From a virus (lineage: Duplodnaviria > Caudoviricetes): DNA of 64,000 bases. The stretch lies in the IMG/VR virus record IMGVR_UViG_3300033072_000529; one strand, given 5' to 3'. The notes under the pieces are model-generated. The model saw only the letters and a list, made by a program, of their open reading frames with translations. It made no database searches and was not told the DNA's origin. Within the stretch, counting starts at the first letter, position 1. Each line of letters opens with the position of its first letter. Below are positions 38,759 to 48,095 of this stretch, piece by piece. A program made the position numbers and the translations under genes.

Positions 38759-38766
38759 CTTCTGAT
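38759..38766. repeat. Left 8-bp target-site duplication CTTCTGAT
   Basis: Identical to 42297-42304. Confidence 0.9.
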
Positions 38767-38823
38767 GGCGAGATAATCTAGAGCGGCGTCCGTGAACGCA
38801 AATCCAATAAGGGTAGGCATTGG

Positions 38824-41265
38824 CTAGAGCTTTTCGAGTTGAAGCAACCGCTTCTGCAAAGCCTTTCCAGTGATGCGGCTTTGGGGGGATTGCTCAATCT
38901 CAGCAAGGCGCTGTCTCGCGATCTGAGCGTCCAACACATCTTCAGCACCCTCTAACGCTGCCTGCTCAACCTTTGCCGCCCCTATCAATTCGTTGCGCAC
39001 TGCCGTAATTATCTCTGCGCTCTCTGGAAGAAGGAAGGGGGCGACGCGATCTGGAGTGAGCTTGGCCCCGTAATTGAAGCGCCAGCGTTCTCGGCGAATT
39101 ACTGCCGCCGCCACATAAAGCATTTCAGGAGGAACTCCCGGGCGGGGCAATAGAAGCAGGTTGTCGCTGGAGGCACCGCATGGCCACTCTTGAACGTGCG
39201 CCATCCCCATGCTGCCAGTTCTTGGAACCGTGACAAAAGGCGGCTTGATGAGGGAGTCGAAAAGATAGAATCCGTGACAGCCGTTGTCGTCGCCGCTGGA
39301 CGATATGACAGGACTGACACCCTCCCCGAGTCCGTCTTTAGACTCTAGCTCGTTTTGACCGTAAAAAATATCGAAATAAGCACCAATAGTACTCCCTGCG
39401 GTTTTTGGGGTCCGGCGCTTTTGGCCGATATATTCACGGTAGTCTCTCGGCGGGTTGCTGGTCGTTCCCAGCATCGAGGATAGCTCTACAAACTTGGGGG
39501 CGAATTTGGTGGTAAGCGCGGTCTTGCTGCGAATTACAACGCCAACCTCATCTAAAATTTCGTCAAGTGACAACTGCTTGGCTGGGATGTAGGCACCTGG
39601 CCGCCATTCACCGTCCGGCTCGATGGTCGCCCAGCCGCACAATCCATCAACGGATTTATGACCTTGGTACGCTTCCAGCACAGTCTCGATTTGTGATCCC
39701 TGCCGAGGCGTGCGAACGTTTTTCCGCAGGCGAAAACCGTCATTCTCGATTCGAGAAAAGAAAACAGGCTGGCTAAAATTATGGGGTACTCCTTGGGTGA
39801 CTAGAAGAACGTTGGTGGTGGCGCTTGCGTATGGCAGAAACAGCTCTTCCGGCAAGCTGATAATACCGTTGAGAGTGTGGTGTTTGAGAAGCTGACTTCT
39901 CCAATTCCCTTTGGACGCTTTAACCAGCAGTTGCATCGGCACCACCGCGCCTAATTTACCCCTCCGCTTCAGTGCTTCGAGACCGCGATCTATGAAATCC
40001 TCAGCCGGAGTGTCAGTATCCCTGTGAGGGAAGGGCGGGTTTAACAACGCAACATCAGCCTTTCCAAGCGGGTAGCCGTCAGAACTGAAACAGTCATCAT
40101 TAACGATGCCGGTTGAGCCGTCTCCGCGCAGAATCATATTTGCCACGCAAAGCGCGGCAGTAATAGGCTCAGTCTCATACCCGACCAATTGCTTTTTAAC
40201 CACCTTCACGACTTGGGTGCGGGAAAGATGGCCGACCTCCATAATACGGTTCATGCCAGCGATGAGGAACCCTCCGGTTCCACAGGCGGGGTCAATCACA
40301 ATGTCATCCTTGCCGATGCCGCAAAGGTCAGAAATAAACGATGTGATGTGATGAGGGGTGAAATACTGACCGATGGTATTGCCGCCTGTATATCGGAAGA
40401 ACGTCTCGTAAAGCTGGCCCAAATAGTCATGCTCAGCCGTGAGCACGGGGACATTTAGACGATCTAAGATGGAGATGATCCGGCGAATTTTTACAGCCAG
40501 CGTCGCGTTTGCTTCGTCAACATGAAGGCTCTTTGCAAGCGTCGCTTTCCCGGCCTTCCAGAAGGCTTTTTCACACGCTTGATTGATATCGGAAAGGACG
40601 TTGTCAGGTTCGCGCCTGATCTTGCCCTGCGACTGCCATAGAGCCAGCATTATTGCCCCCATGATCGCAGGACGCAGCGCATCTGTGACCTTCGATTCCC
40701 TCAATAGCCGGTTGATTTCGTCGGCATGGCCGGACAGAACCTCAGGAGGCGGAATGGATGGGCGAATCTCTGTGGAATTCGAGGCCCTGATGGCGTCTAT
40801 GTCCAAGCGGTTTGGAATCCACCCGATGGGGTTGCCATCGTAGGTAATCATGGCCCACTTTCTGCCAGTCCACTTTAACACACGCACTGCAAAATTGTCT
40901 TCGCTCGCGCCCGCAACGGCAATGGCCAGGGGTGAATACCCGGCTTCGATGCAGGCCGCCCCGTAGTCTTCAGTTGCCTCTTTGATGGCCAGCATCAAGT
41001 CTGAGGGGGAGGCCTTGGCTTCAATGACGGCGCGGGGTTGAAGGGTGGCCCTGTCTATCAGGACGGCCTCTGGCAGTCCATCGCCTCCACGGCCCGATTT
41101 ACTGCGCCCTTTGAATATCTCCAAAAGGTGATCATGGTCTTTATACTCATGCTGCCTCAAAAGCTCCCCCTGAGGAGGGCGGCGCACATCCCAACCTTGG
41201 TCCACAAGCAACCCTGTGAGTAGGTGCTCGGTTCTGACTTCTGCAAATCGGCGAATGGGTGCCAT
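38824..41265 (-). CDS. Fused restriction endonuclease, N6-adenine methyltransferase and specificity (TRD) protein, BcgI/Type IIB-IIG-like
   Basis: N-terminal PE-X15-EAK nuclease motif; LGQLYETF, GQYFTP, DPACGTGGFL, NPPF; C-terminal TRD-like PVISSSGDDNG...TVPRTGSMG...RWRFNYG. Confidence 0.88.
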   Translation of the reverse strand: MAPIRRFAEVRTEHLLTGLLVDQGWDVRRPPQGELLRQHEYKDHDHLLEIFKGRSKSGRGGDGLPEAVLIDRATLQPRAVIEAKASPSDLMLAIKEATEDYGAACIEAGYSPLAIAVAGASEDNFAVRVLKWTGRKWAMITYDGNPIGWIPNRLDIDAIRASNSTEIRPSIPPPEVLSGHADEINRLLRESKVTDALRPAIMGAIMLALWQSQGKIRREPDNVLSDINQACEKAFWKAGKATLAKSLHVDEANATLAVKIRRIISILDRLNVPVLTAEHDYLGQLYETFFRYTGGNTIGQYFTPHHITSFISDLCGIGKDDIVIDPACGTGGFLIAGMNRIMEVGHLSRTQVVKVVKKQLVGYETEPITAALCVANMILRGDGSTGIVNDDCFSSDGYPLGKADVALLNPPFPHRDTDTPAEDFIDRGLEALKRRGKLGAVVPMQLLVKASKGNWRSQLLKHHTLNGIISLPEELFLPYASATTNVLLVTQGVPHNFSQPVFFSRIENDGFRLRKNVRTPRQGSQIETVLEAYQGHKSVDGLCGWATIEPDGEWRPGAYIPAKQLSLDEILDEVGVVIRSKTALTTKFAPKFVELSSMLGTTSNPPRDYREYIGQKRRTPKTAGSTIGAYFDIFYGQNELESKDGLGEGVSPVISSSGDDNGCHGFYLFDSLIKPPFVTVPRTGSMGMAHVQEWPCGASSDNLLLLPRPGVPPEMLYVAAAVIRRERWRFNYGAKLTPDRVAPFLLPESAEIITAVRNELIGAAKVEQAALEGAEDVLDAQIARQRLAEIEQSPQSRITGKALQKRLLQLEKL

Positions 41266-42249
41266 CTACTTGACCCCTCCTTTCGGGCGACGCAGCATAA
41301 GCCTTTTCCCCTCCATCTTGCGGATACCCCCAACGGTGCGCTCTCCATCGCTTTCTCCTCGGGTGTTGTACTTGTAATCCAGTTCCGCAAAATAAAGGGC
41401 CGTGTGCCGCTTGCTGATGTGGTGGTGAGTTCCGTCGAGGGCTCGCTTGGAGTTTCCGAAGAACCCCTCCGCCGAATTTGTCGTGGTCAACTCTCCAGTA
41501 AGACGGTCACGGCGGGCGTACTCTTCCACTGAATGGTTGACGGTTTCGTGGGCCGCAAACACGGTTCCCGCCTTTTTATAAACAGGGGACTCGTCAGTGT
41601 TGAGCGTGGCATCTGTCGCCACATGCCTTTTCAATATTTTAGTGATCTTCTTTCCTGAAACCATTTCTACCACTTGAGAACGCACGCGACCACCGCGCTC
41701 TACCAGCGAAACAACGGCGGTTTTGTTCTTCACGTAGCCACGGCCACGCCCGCGAGCTTTCCCTCCAATGTAGGTTTCATCAGCTTCCACAGTGCCTTTA
41801 AGCAGGTCGGTCGGTTCGGAGTCACGCAAAGCGAACCGAATGCTGTGGCACAAGAACCAAGCTGAGCGGTAAGACCCGATTTCAAGCTGCCTTTGAAGTT
41901 GGAGGGCGGAAATCTGGGTTTTGCTGGCACACATCATGTAGAAGGCGATGATCCACTTGTTGAGGGGAATATGTGAATCCTCCATTACAGTGCCAACTGT
42001 CACCGTAAACCCCTGTCTGCATTCGTTGCACTTGAAGAGTCCATTACGGATTTTCTTTTCAGGGTTAGGGGCTATTTTGTAGATGCTGGCCTGCTCTGCA
42101 TTGCCGCAATGTGGACACACAGGACCGGAGGGCCAGCGCTGCTTCTCGAAGTACTCCCGCGCGGCATCTTCATGCGAAAACCGCTGACAAATCTGCATGA
42201 GTGTCAGTTCTCCTTTTGGGTTTTTGGCGCTAGCAATTTGCGTGTGCAT
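41266..42249 (-). CDS. IS1595-family DDE transposase
   Basis: CPHC/CNEC zinc ribbon, HTH ISALQLQRQL, VEADETYIGG, LNTDE, HETVNHS, TNSAEGFF, YFAELDYKYN. Confidence 0.95.
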   Translation of the reverse strand: MHTQIASAKNPKGELTLMQICQRFSHEDAAREYFEKQRWPSGPVCPHCGNAEQASIYKIAPNPEKKIRNGLFKCNECRQGFTVTVGTVMEDSHIPLNKWIIAFYMMCASKTQISALQLQRQLEIGSYRSAWFLCHSIRFALRDSEPTDLLKGTVEADETYIGGKARGRGRGYVKNKTAVVSLVERGGRVRSQVVEMVSGKKITKILKRHVATDATLNTDESPVYKKAGTVFAAHETVNHSVEEYARRDRLTGELTTTNSAEGFFGNSKRALDGTHHHISKRHTALYFAELDYKYNTRGESDGERTVGGIRKMEGKRLMLRRPKGGVK

Positions 42250-42255
42250 GAACGA

Positions 42256-42283
42256 ATTCTAGCAAATTATTTGGATTCGTCAA
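42256..42283 (-). promoter_or_regulatory. IS-internal sigma70-like promoter for the transposase
   Basis: TTGACG-N16-TAGAAT with extended TG, 6 nt before the ATG. Confidence 0.6.
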
Positions 42284-42476
42284 GTGCATAATCGCCCTTC
42301 TGATCCTTGTGATGCTTCACCGCTTCATCCAACATGAAGAATTCATCTTTGGATAAGCGAATTTCTCCACCGAAATCATCCGTTATACGGAACTCTCCGG
42401 TTTCTGCATTTGCATGAATGGTCGGGCAGCATGATCCAGCTTTACATAATCTAATGGTGTTATTTTCTACTATCAT
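42267..42476 (-). CDS. Small Cys-containing phage protein whose last codons are the IS target; C-terminus GDYALDESK now comes from the IS
   Basis: Rejoining at the TSD gives ...AAG GAT CAG AAG TAA (KDQK*); TAAATA upstream. Confidence 0.7.
   Translation of the reverse strand: MIVENNTIRLCKAGSCCPTIHANAETGEFRITDDFGGEIRLSKDEFFMLDEAVKHHKDQKGDYALDESK
42297..42304. repeat. Right 8-bp target-site duplication CTTCTGAT
   Basis: Identical to 38759-38766. Confidence 0.9.
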
Positions 42477-42488
42477 AATAATAGTTAT

Positions 42489-43181
42489 TTACTTCTTTCC
42501 CATTACTTGTTTCAAGAGATTTTCTGGGATTTCCAAATCTGCTATTTCACTCAGCACGGATTTCTCCGTCTCCATCGCATTACCCGCATCATTGATGTAT
42601 AATTTCATTGTATCAATTCGCTCATTCAGCGAAGCGGGTAATTCGATTATAGGCGGAGTATCTTTCATATCAAAGAAAGCGTCATCCCCATTCCGATATG
42701 CCTGATACAATGCATAGAAAATAGAATCGATTTCTAATTGATAGTCTAAGTCCAATGCACGTTGCTCTTTCGCTGCCATTTGAATAGCAGGATTGATTGG
42801 CACATAGAATATAACATCATATAATTTGATGGTATTGCGCATCAAAAGTAGAGATGTCGTAATAAAATTGTTCACATCAGCAGGGTCTTCTGTGAACTTA
42901 TTTTTCTCTGCCAACCATAAGGAGTAGGCTACATTATCCATAATGGTTCTATCATGGAACATATACTTTTCCTCTGCATTGTTGATTGCTTGATCGCATA
43001 ATGCATCCCGAATTATACGTTGTGCCTCCAACGTCCCATCTTGGTTGATAGGAAGGTTTTTCTCCTTCACTATCTCTCGATAGGTGGTTGATGGAATTTT
43101 ATACATCGGCCAATATTTCAAGGCCGTATCTATAACCGTCGATTTACCAGTGTTTTGACTACCACATAATCCTATACGCAT
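42489..43181 (-). CDS. P-loop kinase (AAA_28/NadR/thymidylate-kinase-like)
   Basis: IGLCGSQNTGKST, FHDRTIMDNVAYS, YDVIFY. Confidence 0.75.
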   Translation of the reverse strand: MRIGLCGSQNTGKSTVIDTALKYWPMYKIPSTTYREIVKEKNLPINQDGTLEAQRIIRDALCDQAINNAEEKYMFHDRTIMDNVAYSLWLAEKNKFTEDPADVNNFITTSLLLMRNTIKLYDVIFYVPINPAIQMAAKEQRALDLDYQLEIDSIFYALYQAYRNGDDAFFDMKDTPPIIELPASLNERIDTMKLYINDAGNAMETEKSVLSEIADLEIPENLLKQVMGKK

Positions 43182-43873
43182 TATAGAGAGGTTAATGTAT
43201 CATCCTGCTTCGCAGTATTGCTGGTATTGGAAGCAGATGTGGTTACTACTGTTGGGATAGTAGCACAGTATCGGGTTTTACGATCAACTGATCGGTCAAT
43301 ACTCTTATACAGGGCATATGTTTCCGAATTATTTTCCCAAAGTTTAGCGACACCCGCACGGGTAGCTTCGAAGTTAGCCGTAGAAGCCTGTGCAATACCT
43401 ATTGCACCACCAGCGGCAAAGGAATCCATATTTGCACCTAGGAACACGAAGTCCCATGCATAAACCTCTTGCTGATGAACAACGGCTTGCTTAAGCTCTT
43501 CTTTAGAGGTTTTACGGGAACAGTTTTCTGCGCCATCGGTAATCACATAAAACAGGACACGATTTGGTCGGTCTTCTTCTGGCAGCGCAGCAAGACGTGC
43601 ACCAGTTTCATCTATAGCCCGTTTAAAGGAGTCTAAAAGAGCAGTTGAACCCCGTGGTTCAATTTTAATTCCCTCTACTTGAGAGATAGGTACTGCCTCT
43701 ATACCTTTTGAATATTCATGGTCAAAATAGATGGTTGATACTACTGTAGTGTCGCCTGATTTTTGCTCAGGAATCAAGAAACTGTGCTTGAATCCTTCCT
43801 CCATCTCGGAGGAAATTGAGGACATCGACCCACTTCGGTCGATTAATAATGTTAGGTCTGTGTAATTCTTCAT
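43181..43873 (-). CDS. von Willebrand factor A domain protein
   Basis: MIDAS DRSGSM, GSTALLD, VITDGAEN, FLGAN. Confidence 0.85.
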   Translation of the reverse strand: MKNYTDLTLLIDRSGSMSSISSEMEEGFKHSFLIPEQKSGDTTVVSTIYFDHEYSKGIEAVPISQVEGIKIEPRGSTALLDSFKRAIDETGARLAALPEEDRPNRVLFYVITDGAENCSRKTSKEELKQAVVHQQEVYAWDFVFLGANMDSFAAGGAIGIAQASTANFEATRAGVAKLWENNSETYALYKSIDRSVDRKTRYCATIPTVVTTSASNTSNTAKQDDTLTSL

Positions 43874-43915
43874 ACATCATATGTTACACCACTATTACAT
43901 TTATGCAAGAAGATT

Positions 43916-44389
43916 CTACACTTTAAACACATGTTTTTCTCTGGTTAATATATCATCCCAAGATTCCCACTTATGTACGGGACTACTCTTATATGTCTCA
44001 ATCTCATGTTGTTTACGTTGTTCCAGTAGATGTACAAACTTTTTAATATCATTGAATTCTTCATCGACTGTTTCCGGCATATTTAATAGTATACGACATA
44101 GCATTTTATCCAGCGGGTATTTGCGTAGCAATAATTCCCGATATTTACCATCTACATCCTCTTCTGTCACCACGGCTTTTTGTTGGATAAAAGTATCCAC
44201 TAACTTACCAGTTTCCGCATCCCCTTCCCATCGATATCGATTAAGATTGAAATCATCCCGACTTATACCATATTGTTCCAAAATAACTTCTTTGTACAGA
44301 GGGAAAGTGCTCGCTAATTCTTTGTCATCCGTGAAAAACATCGGTACATCCGTCTTAGCGTTAAATATAATATATATAGGTGTATGCAT
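43916..44389 (-). CDS. Hypothetical protein
   Basis: 157-aa ORF co-oriented with neighbours; hairpin directly upstream. Confidence 0.65.
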   Translation of the reverse strand: MHTPIYIIFNAKTDVPMFFTDDKELASTFPLYKEVILEQYGISRDDFNLNRYRWEGDAETGKLVDTFIQQKAVVTEEDVDGKYRELLLRKYPLDKMLCRILLNMPETVDEEFNDIKKFVHLLEQRKQHEIETYKSSPVHKWESWDDILTREKHVFKV

Positions 44390-44390
44390 A

Positions 44391-44422
44391 AAGGCCCACC
44401 CGATACTTACCGGGTGGGCCTT
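44391..44422 (-). promoter_or_regulatory. 12-bp stem-loop with TAAGTA in the loop, 1 nt before the ATG (terminator and/or translational lock)
   Basis: Minus strand: AAGGCCCACCCG-GTAAGTAT-CGGGTGGGCCTT-T-ATG. Confidence 0.6.
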
Positions 44423-44438
44423 ACAGAATCTATGACTA

Positions 44439-46466
44439 TTAGACGTATTCTTTTGTTTCTTTAACCTTCACGACTACACCATCGTGAGTAAATTGGTCAG
44501 ACTTATCTACACCTTCAAACCAACTGTTAGTAGTTATAAGATAGAACTTCATCTGACTTAGTTTGCCCTTAAGTATATCGACTTTATATTCGAGTCCTTT
44601 CAAACCAGACTCCAGGTACGGTATAAAATCCGCACCTAATTGAGCCCGATTATATTCATAGGACTCAAATAGGGGCCATAGAATGGCATCCCCTGGATTT
44701 TGTTTTGGTGGGTTTTTATCATTACGTTTTTCCCATTTAGCATAGGAATCTTTCGCGTTGATCGTACTAGCACCTGCCAAACTAGCAGTGATTTCCAAGA
44801 ATGGAATATAATCATCGTCTTCTTTTCGAGCAGTGCTACCCCGTTTAGGAGCATAGCGTAATTCCTTATCCAGGCCCATCGCATCCAATATAGACATGCC
44901 ATCAAGACCCCAACCTGCCACACGCTTATCAGTAGCAGCGGTAGATGCCTCACCATACTTCTTGAGTAAGAAATTGCAGCAGGACACATGTGCCTTCAAC
45001 TCAATCAACTGTTTATACATCTTGGTGAAGGCACCAATATTCACAGTTTGAGTTGATTCATCAAATATATCGATTTGGGCACTCGGATTACTATATACCG
45101 TCTCAACACCATCCGTTACCAACGTGAATGATTGGAAATTGAAATCCCCATTAGAAATCACCGAGTAATTGCGGAAGGTTGGTGCAGTTATAGGTAATAA
45201 TATTGGAGTAGTTGGATTGGCTTTGTTATAATCATCTACTCTTTTCTGTAATTCAGGGTCTGTGATCTTGGTGATTTTACCAGTTTGAACCGTTAGAAGA
45301 TTGATGTTAGGGCGATTTTCGTTGCCTTCAACTGATATAATCTTAGCAGGACCAGAATCATATTCAAACTTAACAGCAGATATATCTTCTGCTTTCTTAG
45401 TGGTATTGCGATATTTAGACTTGGATAGGTCTAAGTACACCTTACCTAGGTTCTTGGTTATATCCTCCACGAAGGATTCTAGAGGTAGAGCAGGTACTTC
45501 TAAGGTTTGAAGCACTTCTCCGCCCACTAATGCTAGATGTTTCAACTCATTCTCCATCGTACCTTTTTGGGTAACAGTGAATGATTTTTGCACCATCTTG
45601 GCGATATCCTTAGCACCCGCTTTACGTAATAGAGCTACACCCAAATTAGCCTTGTTCTTCTGTGATAACACATATGCCAGAGAATAGTTGAAAGATGCGC
45701 TAGTATCCGACTTGGGATCATATGTCTCCAATTCGGAGTAGTCCACTGCATATAAATTGGCAGTACCATCACTGTCGTACACATCTACGGAATGGTCTGC
45801 ATTCTGTGTTAGAATGTTAATCTCCGTATCAGTTACTTGCCACACTAAATCATATTTCTTGTCGATTTTGATATTAGTCTTAGTCTTTTTACTGGAGACA
45901 AATTGGTTATATGAAACCTTCATCTCTTGAAAATCAGAGATGTGATTCATGTTACCCTGAATACATTCAGCCATATCCAGTAGAATCTTCCGGTTATAAT
46001 AACCGCCAAATCCGCAAATATAGGCAGTACTGAATTTACCTTTTAGTTTACGGCAACTAGCCAGGATATCCTTCTCCGATGACCTATCGTTAGGATAACC
46101 ATCACTCAGGAAGTAGAATGAGAAATTATCATTACCTGTTAAATCTTTAACATCTTGAATAATTGATGGAATGGCATCAAGGGCTTGTGTGTAACACGTA
46201 CATCCTCGGGCACGTATCTTCTTTTTAACTAGGTCTTGTATATTCTTCGATTTCTTCAAGCCTCTAATGAAGAAATCGAAATCGCCCCAACTCGCAAAAT
46301 CGCCCACCGTAATGGTGTCTCGATCAGTCATTAGATCGATTACTGCACTTATCGTATCCTGTAAGTCCGAAATAGCTCCATACATGGAGCCAGATGAATC
46401 GCTTAGTAAGATGTAATTAGTCGGTTTATTTGTAGTATTTTTATTTTTTGGTAGTATTATTTTCAT
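44439..46466 (-). CDS. Large vWA-domain protein (675 aa)
   Basis: ILLSDSSGSMY, GCTCY, FYFLSDGYPN, GFGGYYN; long unknown C-terminal region. Confidence 0.8.
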   Translation of the reverse strand: MKIILPKNKNTTNKPTNYILLSDSSGSMYGAISDLQDTISAVIDLMTDRDTITVGDFASWGDFDFFIRGLKKSKNIQDLVKKKIRARGCTCYTQALDAIPSIIQDVKDLTGNDNFSFYFLSDGYPNDRSSEKDILASCRKLKGKFSTAYICGFGGYYNRKILLDMAECIQGNMNHISDFQEMKVSYNQFVSSKKTKTNIKIDKKYDLVWQVTDTEINILTQNADHSVDVYDSDGTANLYAVDYSELETYDPKSDTSASFNYSLAYVLSQKNKANLGVALLRKAGAKDIAKMVQKSFTVTQKGTMENELKHLALVGGEVLQTLEVPALPLESFVEDITKNLGKVYLDLSKSKYRNTTKKAEDISAVKFEYDSGPAKIISVEGNENRPNINLLTVQTGKITKITDPELQKRVDDYNKANPTTPILLPITAPTFRNYSVISNGDFNFQSFTLVTDGVETVYSNPSAQIDIFDESTQTVNIGAFTKMYKQLIELKAHVSCCNFLLKKYGEASTAATDKRVAGWGLDGMSILDAMGLDKELRYAPKRGSTARKEDDDYIPFLEITASLAGASTINAKDSYAKWEKRNDKNPPKQNPGDAILWPLFESYEYNRAQLGADFIPYLESGLKGLEYKVDILKGKLSQMKFYLITTNSWFEGVDKSDQFTHDGVVVKVKETKEYV

Positions 46467-46473
46467 ACGTTAT

Positions 46474-46502
46474 AATATACACTATAGAGGTTATCTTGTC
46501 AA
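46474..46502 (-). promoter_or_regulatory. Sigma70-like early promoter
   Basis: TTGACA-N17-TATATT, 7 nt before the ATG. Confidence 0.7.
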
Positions 46503-47000
46503 TTACTTTATGTAGACTTTTAAATAATATTCTATGGTGATTTTTGTTGTGGGGCGTTTACCGAATTCAGATATTAACAAATTTGCAAAATCGACTTTAT
46601 CCCTGGCATCAGTCACTTCTCTAACCATAGAGGTAGTGGGCCAATCCGGCAGGTGTGCAAATGCTTTATAAAATGGATACCACCATTTAGCTCTGCGTGC
46701 TGCACACGCATCTCTATAAACATTCTTACTTTTTTCCAGCAGGTCTAAATAACCGGCTTTCTGTGCCTCCACTGCTGCTAATTCTCTATCCAGTTTAGCA
46801 ATAGCCTCTTCATCTCGTTCTTCCCAGGTATTTTTAGTCAGAACCCAATCATATACATTATCTGTATTCATGGCTAAGGAAGCAATATGATCCAATATCT
46901 GCTCCTTGGTGGGTTTCCCTATATCTGGGTTACTCCGATATTCCTCTATCTTTTCAGCAGGAATAGTAAATGTTTTTATTAATTTGGATAGTTTTTTCAT
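46503..47000 (-). CDS. Hypothetical protein
   Basis: 165-aa ORF in a tightly packed operon. Confidence 0.6.
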   Translation of the reverse strand: MKKLSKLIKTFTIPAEKIEEYRSNPDIGKPTKEQILDHIASLAMNTDNVYDWVLTKNTWEERDEEAIAKLDRELAAVEAQKAGYLDLLEKSKNVYRDACAARRAKWWYPFYKAFAHLPDWPTTSMVREVTDARDKVDFANLLISEFGKRPTTKITIEYYLKVYIK

Positions 47001-47002
47001 AA

Positions 47003-47485
47003 TTATTCTGCTACTACTAAGGAGTATCGTAAAAATTTAACTGGATCAACCCAATGCACGGCATCATAAGGAAAATCTATTTTAGTTCCTGCAAGGTCAA
47101 ATATTTTGACTATCTTATTATTTTCCACGCATGTCAATCCGTCAAAATCCGATGAAGTCAGGGTGACTAAATGTAATTTAGTGATATCATATACGTCTCG
47201 GTGGGGTGCTATATAGTCCCCATCCACATACTTTTGTATTTGTATGAAGCTATATACATCTCGTATCACAGGATCAAACTGAGAGTTAGCAAAGATCAAA
47301 TCTATTAATTGATCAGACATATCGCCATTTTTCAGGGTTGAGAATTGGGAATACACACCCGGTAAAATAGATTCGTGGGCATCTTTGCCAACTCTAGGTT
47401 TAAAAAGATGGTCCATGGTTTTAAGAGCAGCCACTATATCCCGGCTGTTCTTAACAAAATTGATCGTTGTTTTGATAGCATTCAT
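47003..47485 (-). CDS. 2OG-Fe(II) oxygenase-like protein
   Basis: IQKYVDGDYIAPHRD (HxD)...HWVDP...RYSLV. Confidence 0.75.
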   Translation of the reverse strand: MNAIKTTINFVKNSRDIVAALKTMDHLFKPRVGKDAHESILPGVYSQFSTLKNGDMSDQLIDLIFANSQFDPVIRDVYSFIQIQKYVDGDYIAPHRDVYDITKLHLVTLTSSDFDGLTCVENNKIVKIFDLAGTKIDFPYDAVHWVDPVKFLRYSLVVAE

Positions 47486-47486
47486 A

Positions 47487-48095
47487 TTACGATATACGTA
47501 TAGTCTGTCCCCTCATCGGAGCCTTCGCTTGTAACAAGCGTTTGAATTTATCTTTACCTATTCTATAGTGTTTCATAGCTAGACGTTTACTACCGAACTC
47601 CACCGTTTTTCCTACTTTATATAAGTATTCCCGTGTTGGAGCACATTTGCCGCTATCTATATAATATATAGCGGTTGCCAACGATATATTATATTTCATC
47701 GCATAATCCGTGATTGATTTATACCAGTGTTCAGCACCTGATTTATCAACAGTAATAATGGGAATACTTTTAAATGTGGTAGTGGCATTGTGCACCACTT
47801 CGGATGCAGGTACAGTGTGTTTGGGTATATACATATAATAATGTTTATACCATCGTTTGCCTGCCGTCATGCAGTTTTTTAATGCCCCGTTAAAGGCTAG
47901 ATATTTTAACACTATTTGTTTATTACTCAATCCCTGACTTTGGAAATGATGTCGCACTGCATTGTTTCTATTAGCGAACACTGCTAATCTATTACCAGCA
48001 TCATCGAATTTGGCTATAACATGATTATCATAATCATGTGTAAGACATACTTCCGTGTTGATGCGGGCGGCTTCTTTTGAATTAAAGGTATTCAT
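47487..48095 (-). CDS. Hypothetical basic protein, possibly with NUMOD/HTH-like DNA-binding modules
   Basis: WYKSITDYAMKYNIS and FGSKRLAMKHYRIG segments. Confidence 0.45.
   Translation of the reverse strand: MNTFNSKEAARINTEVCLTHDYDNHVIAKFDDAGNRLAVFANRNNAVRHHFQSQGLSNKQIVLKYLAFNGALKNCMTAGKRWYKHYYMYIPKHTVPASEVVHNATTTFKSIPIITVDKSGAEHWYKSITDYAMKYNISLATAIYYIDSGKCAPTREYLYKVGKTVEFGSKRLAMKHYRIGKDKFKRLLQAKAPMRGQTIRIS

Larger units (their letters stand above)
38767..42296 (-). mobile_element. IS1595-family transporter IS (3530 bp, ISNwi1-like end) carrying an RM passenger gene
   Basis: Ends GGCGAGATAAT / GGCGATTATGC (imperfect IR), 8-bp TSD, abrupt rise in GC content, IS1595 transposase. Confidence 0.9.

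Noticed and set aside
38751-38760. GGGGATTAC as the left IS end
   Set aside because: It resembles the right end but gives no target duplication. The end at 38767 gives a perfect CTTCTGAT duplication and restores the target gene's stop codon.
43881-44435. 184-aa plus-strand ORF
   Set aside because: Antisense to the 157-aa gene that fits the operon direction; atypical composition.
47487-48095. Active homing endonuclease
   Set aside because: Only weak DNA-binding-module resemblance; no HNH, GIY-YIG or LAGLIDADG catalytic motif found.
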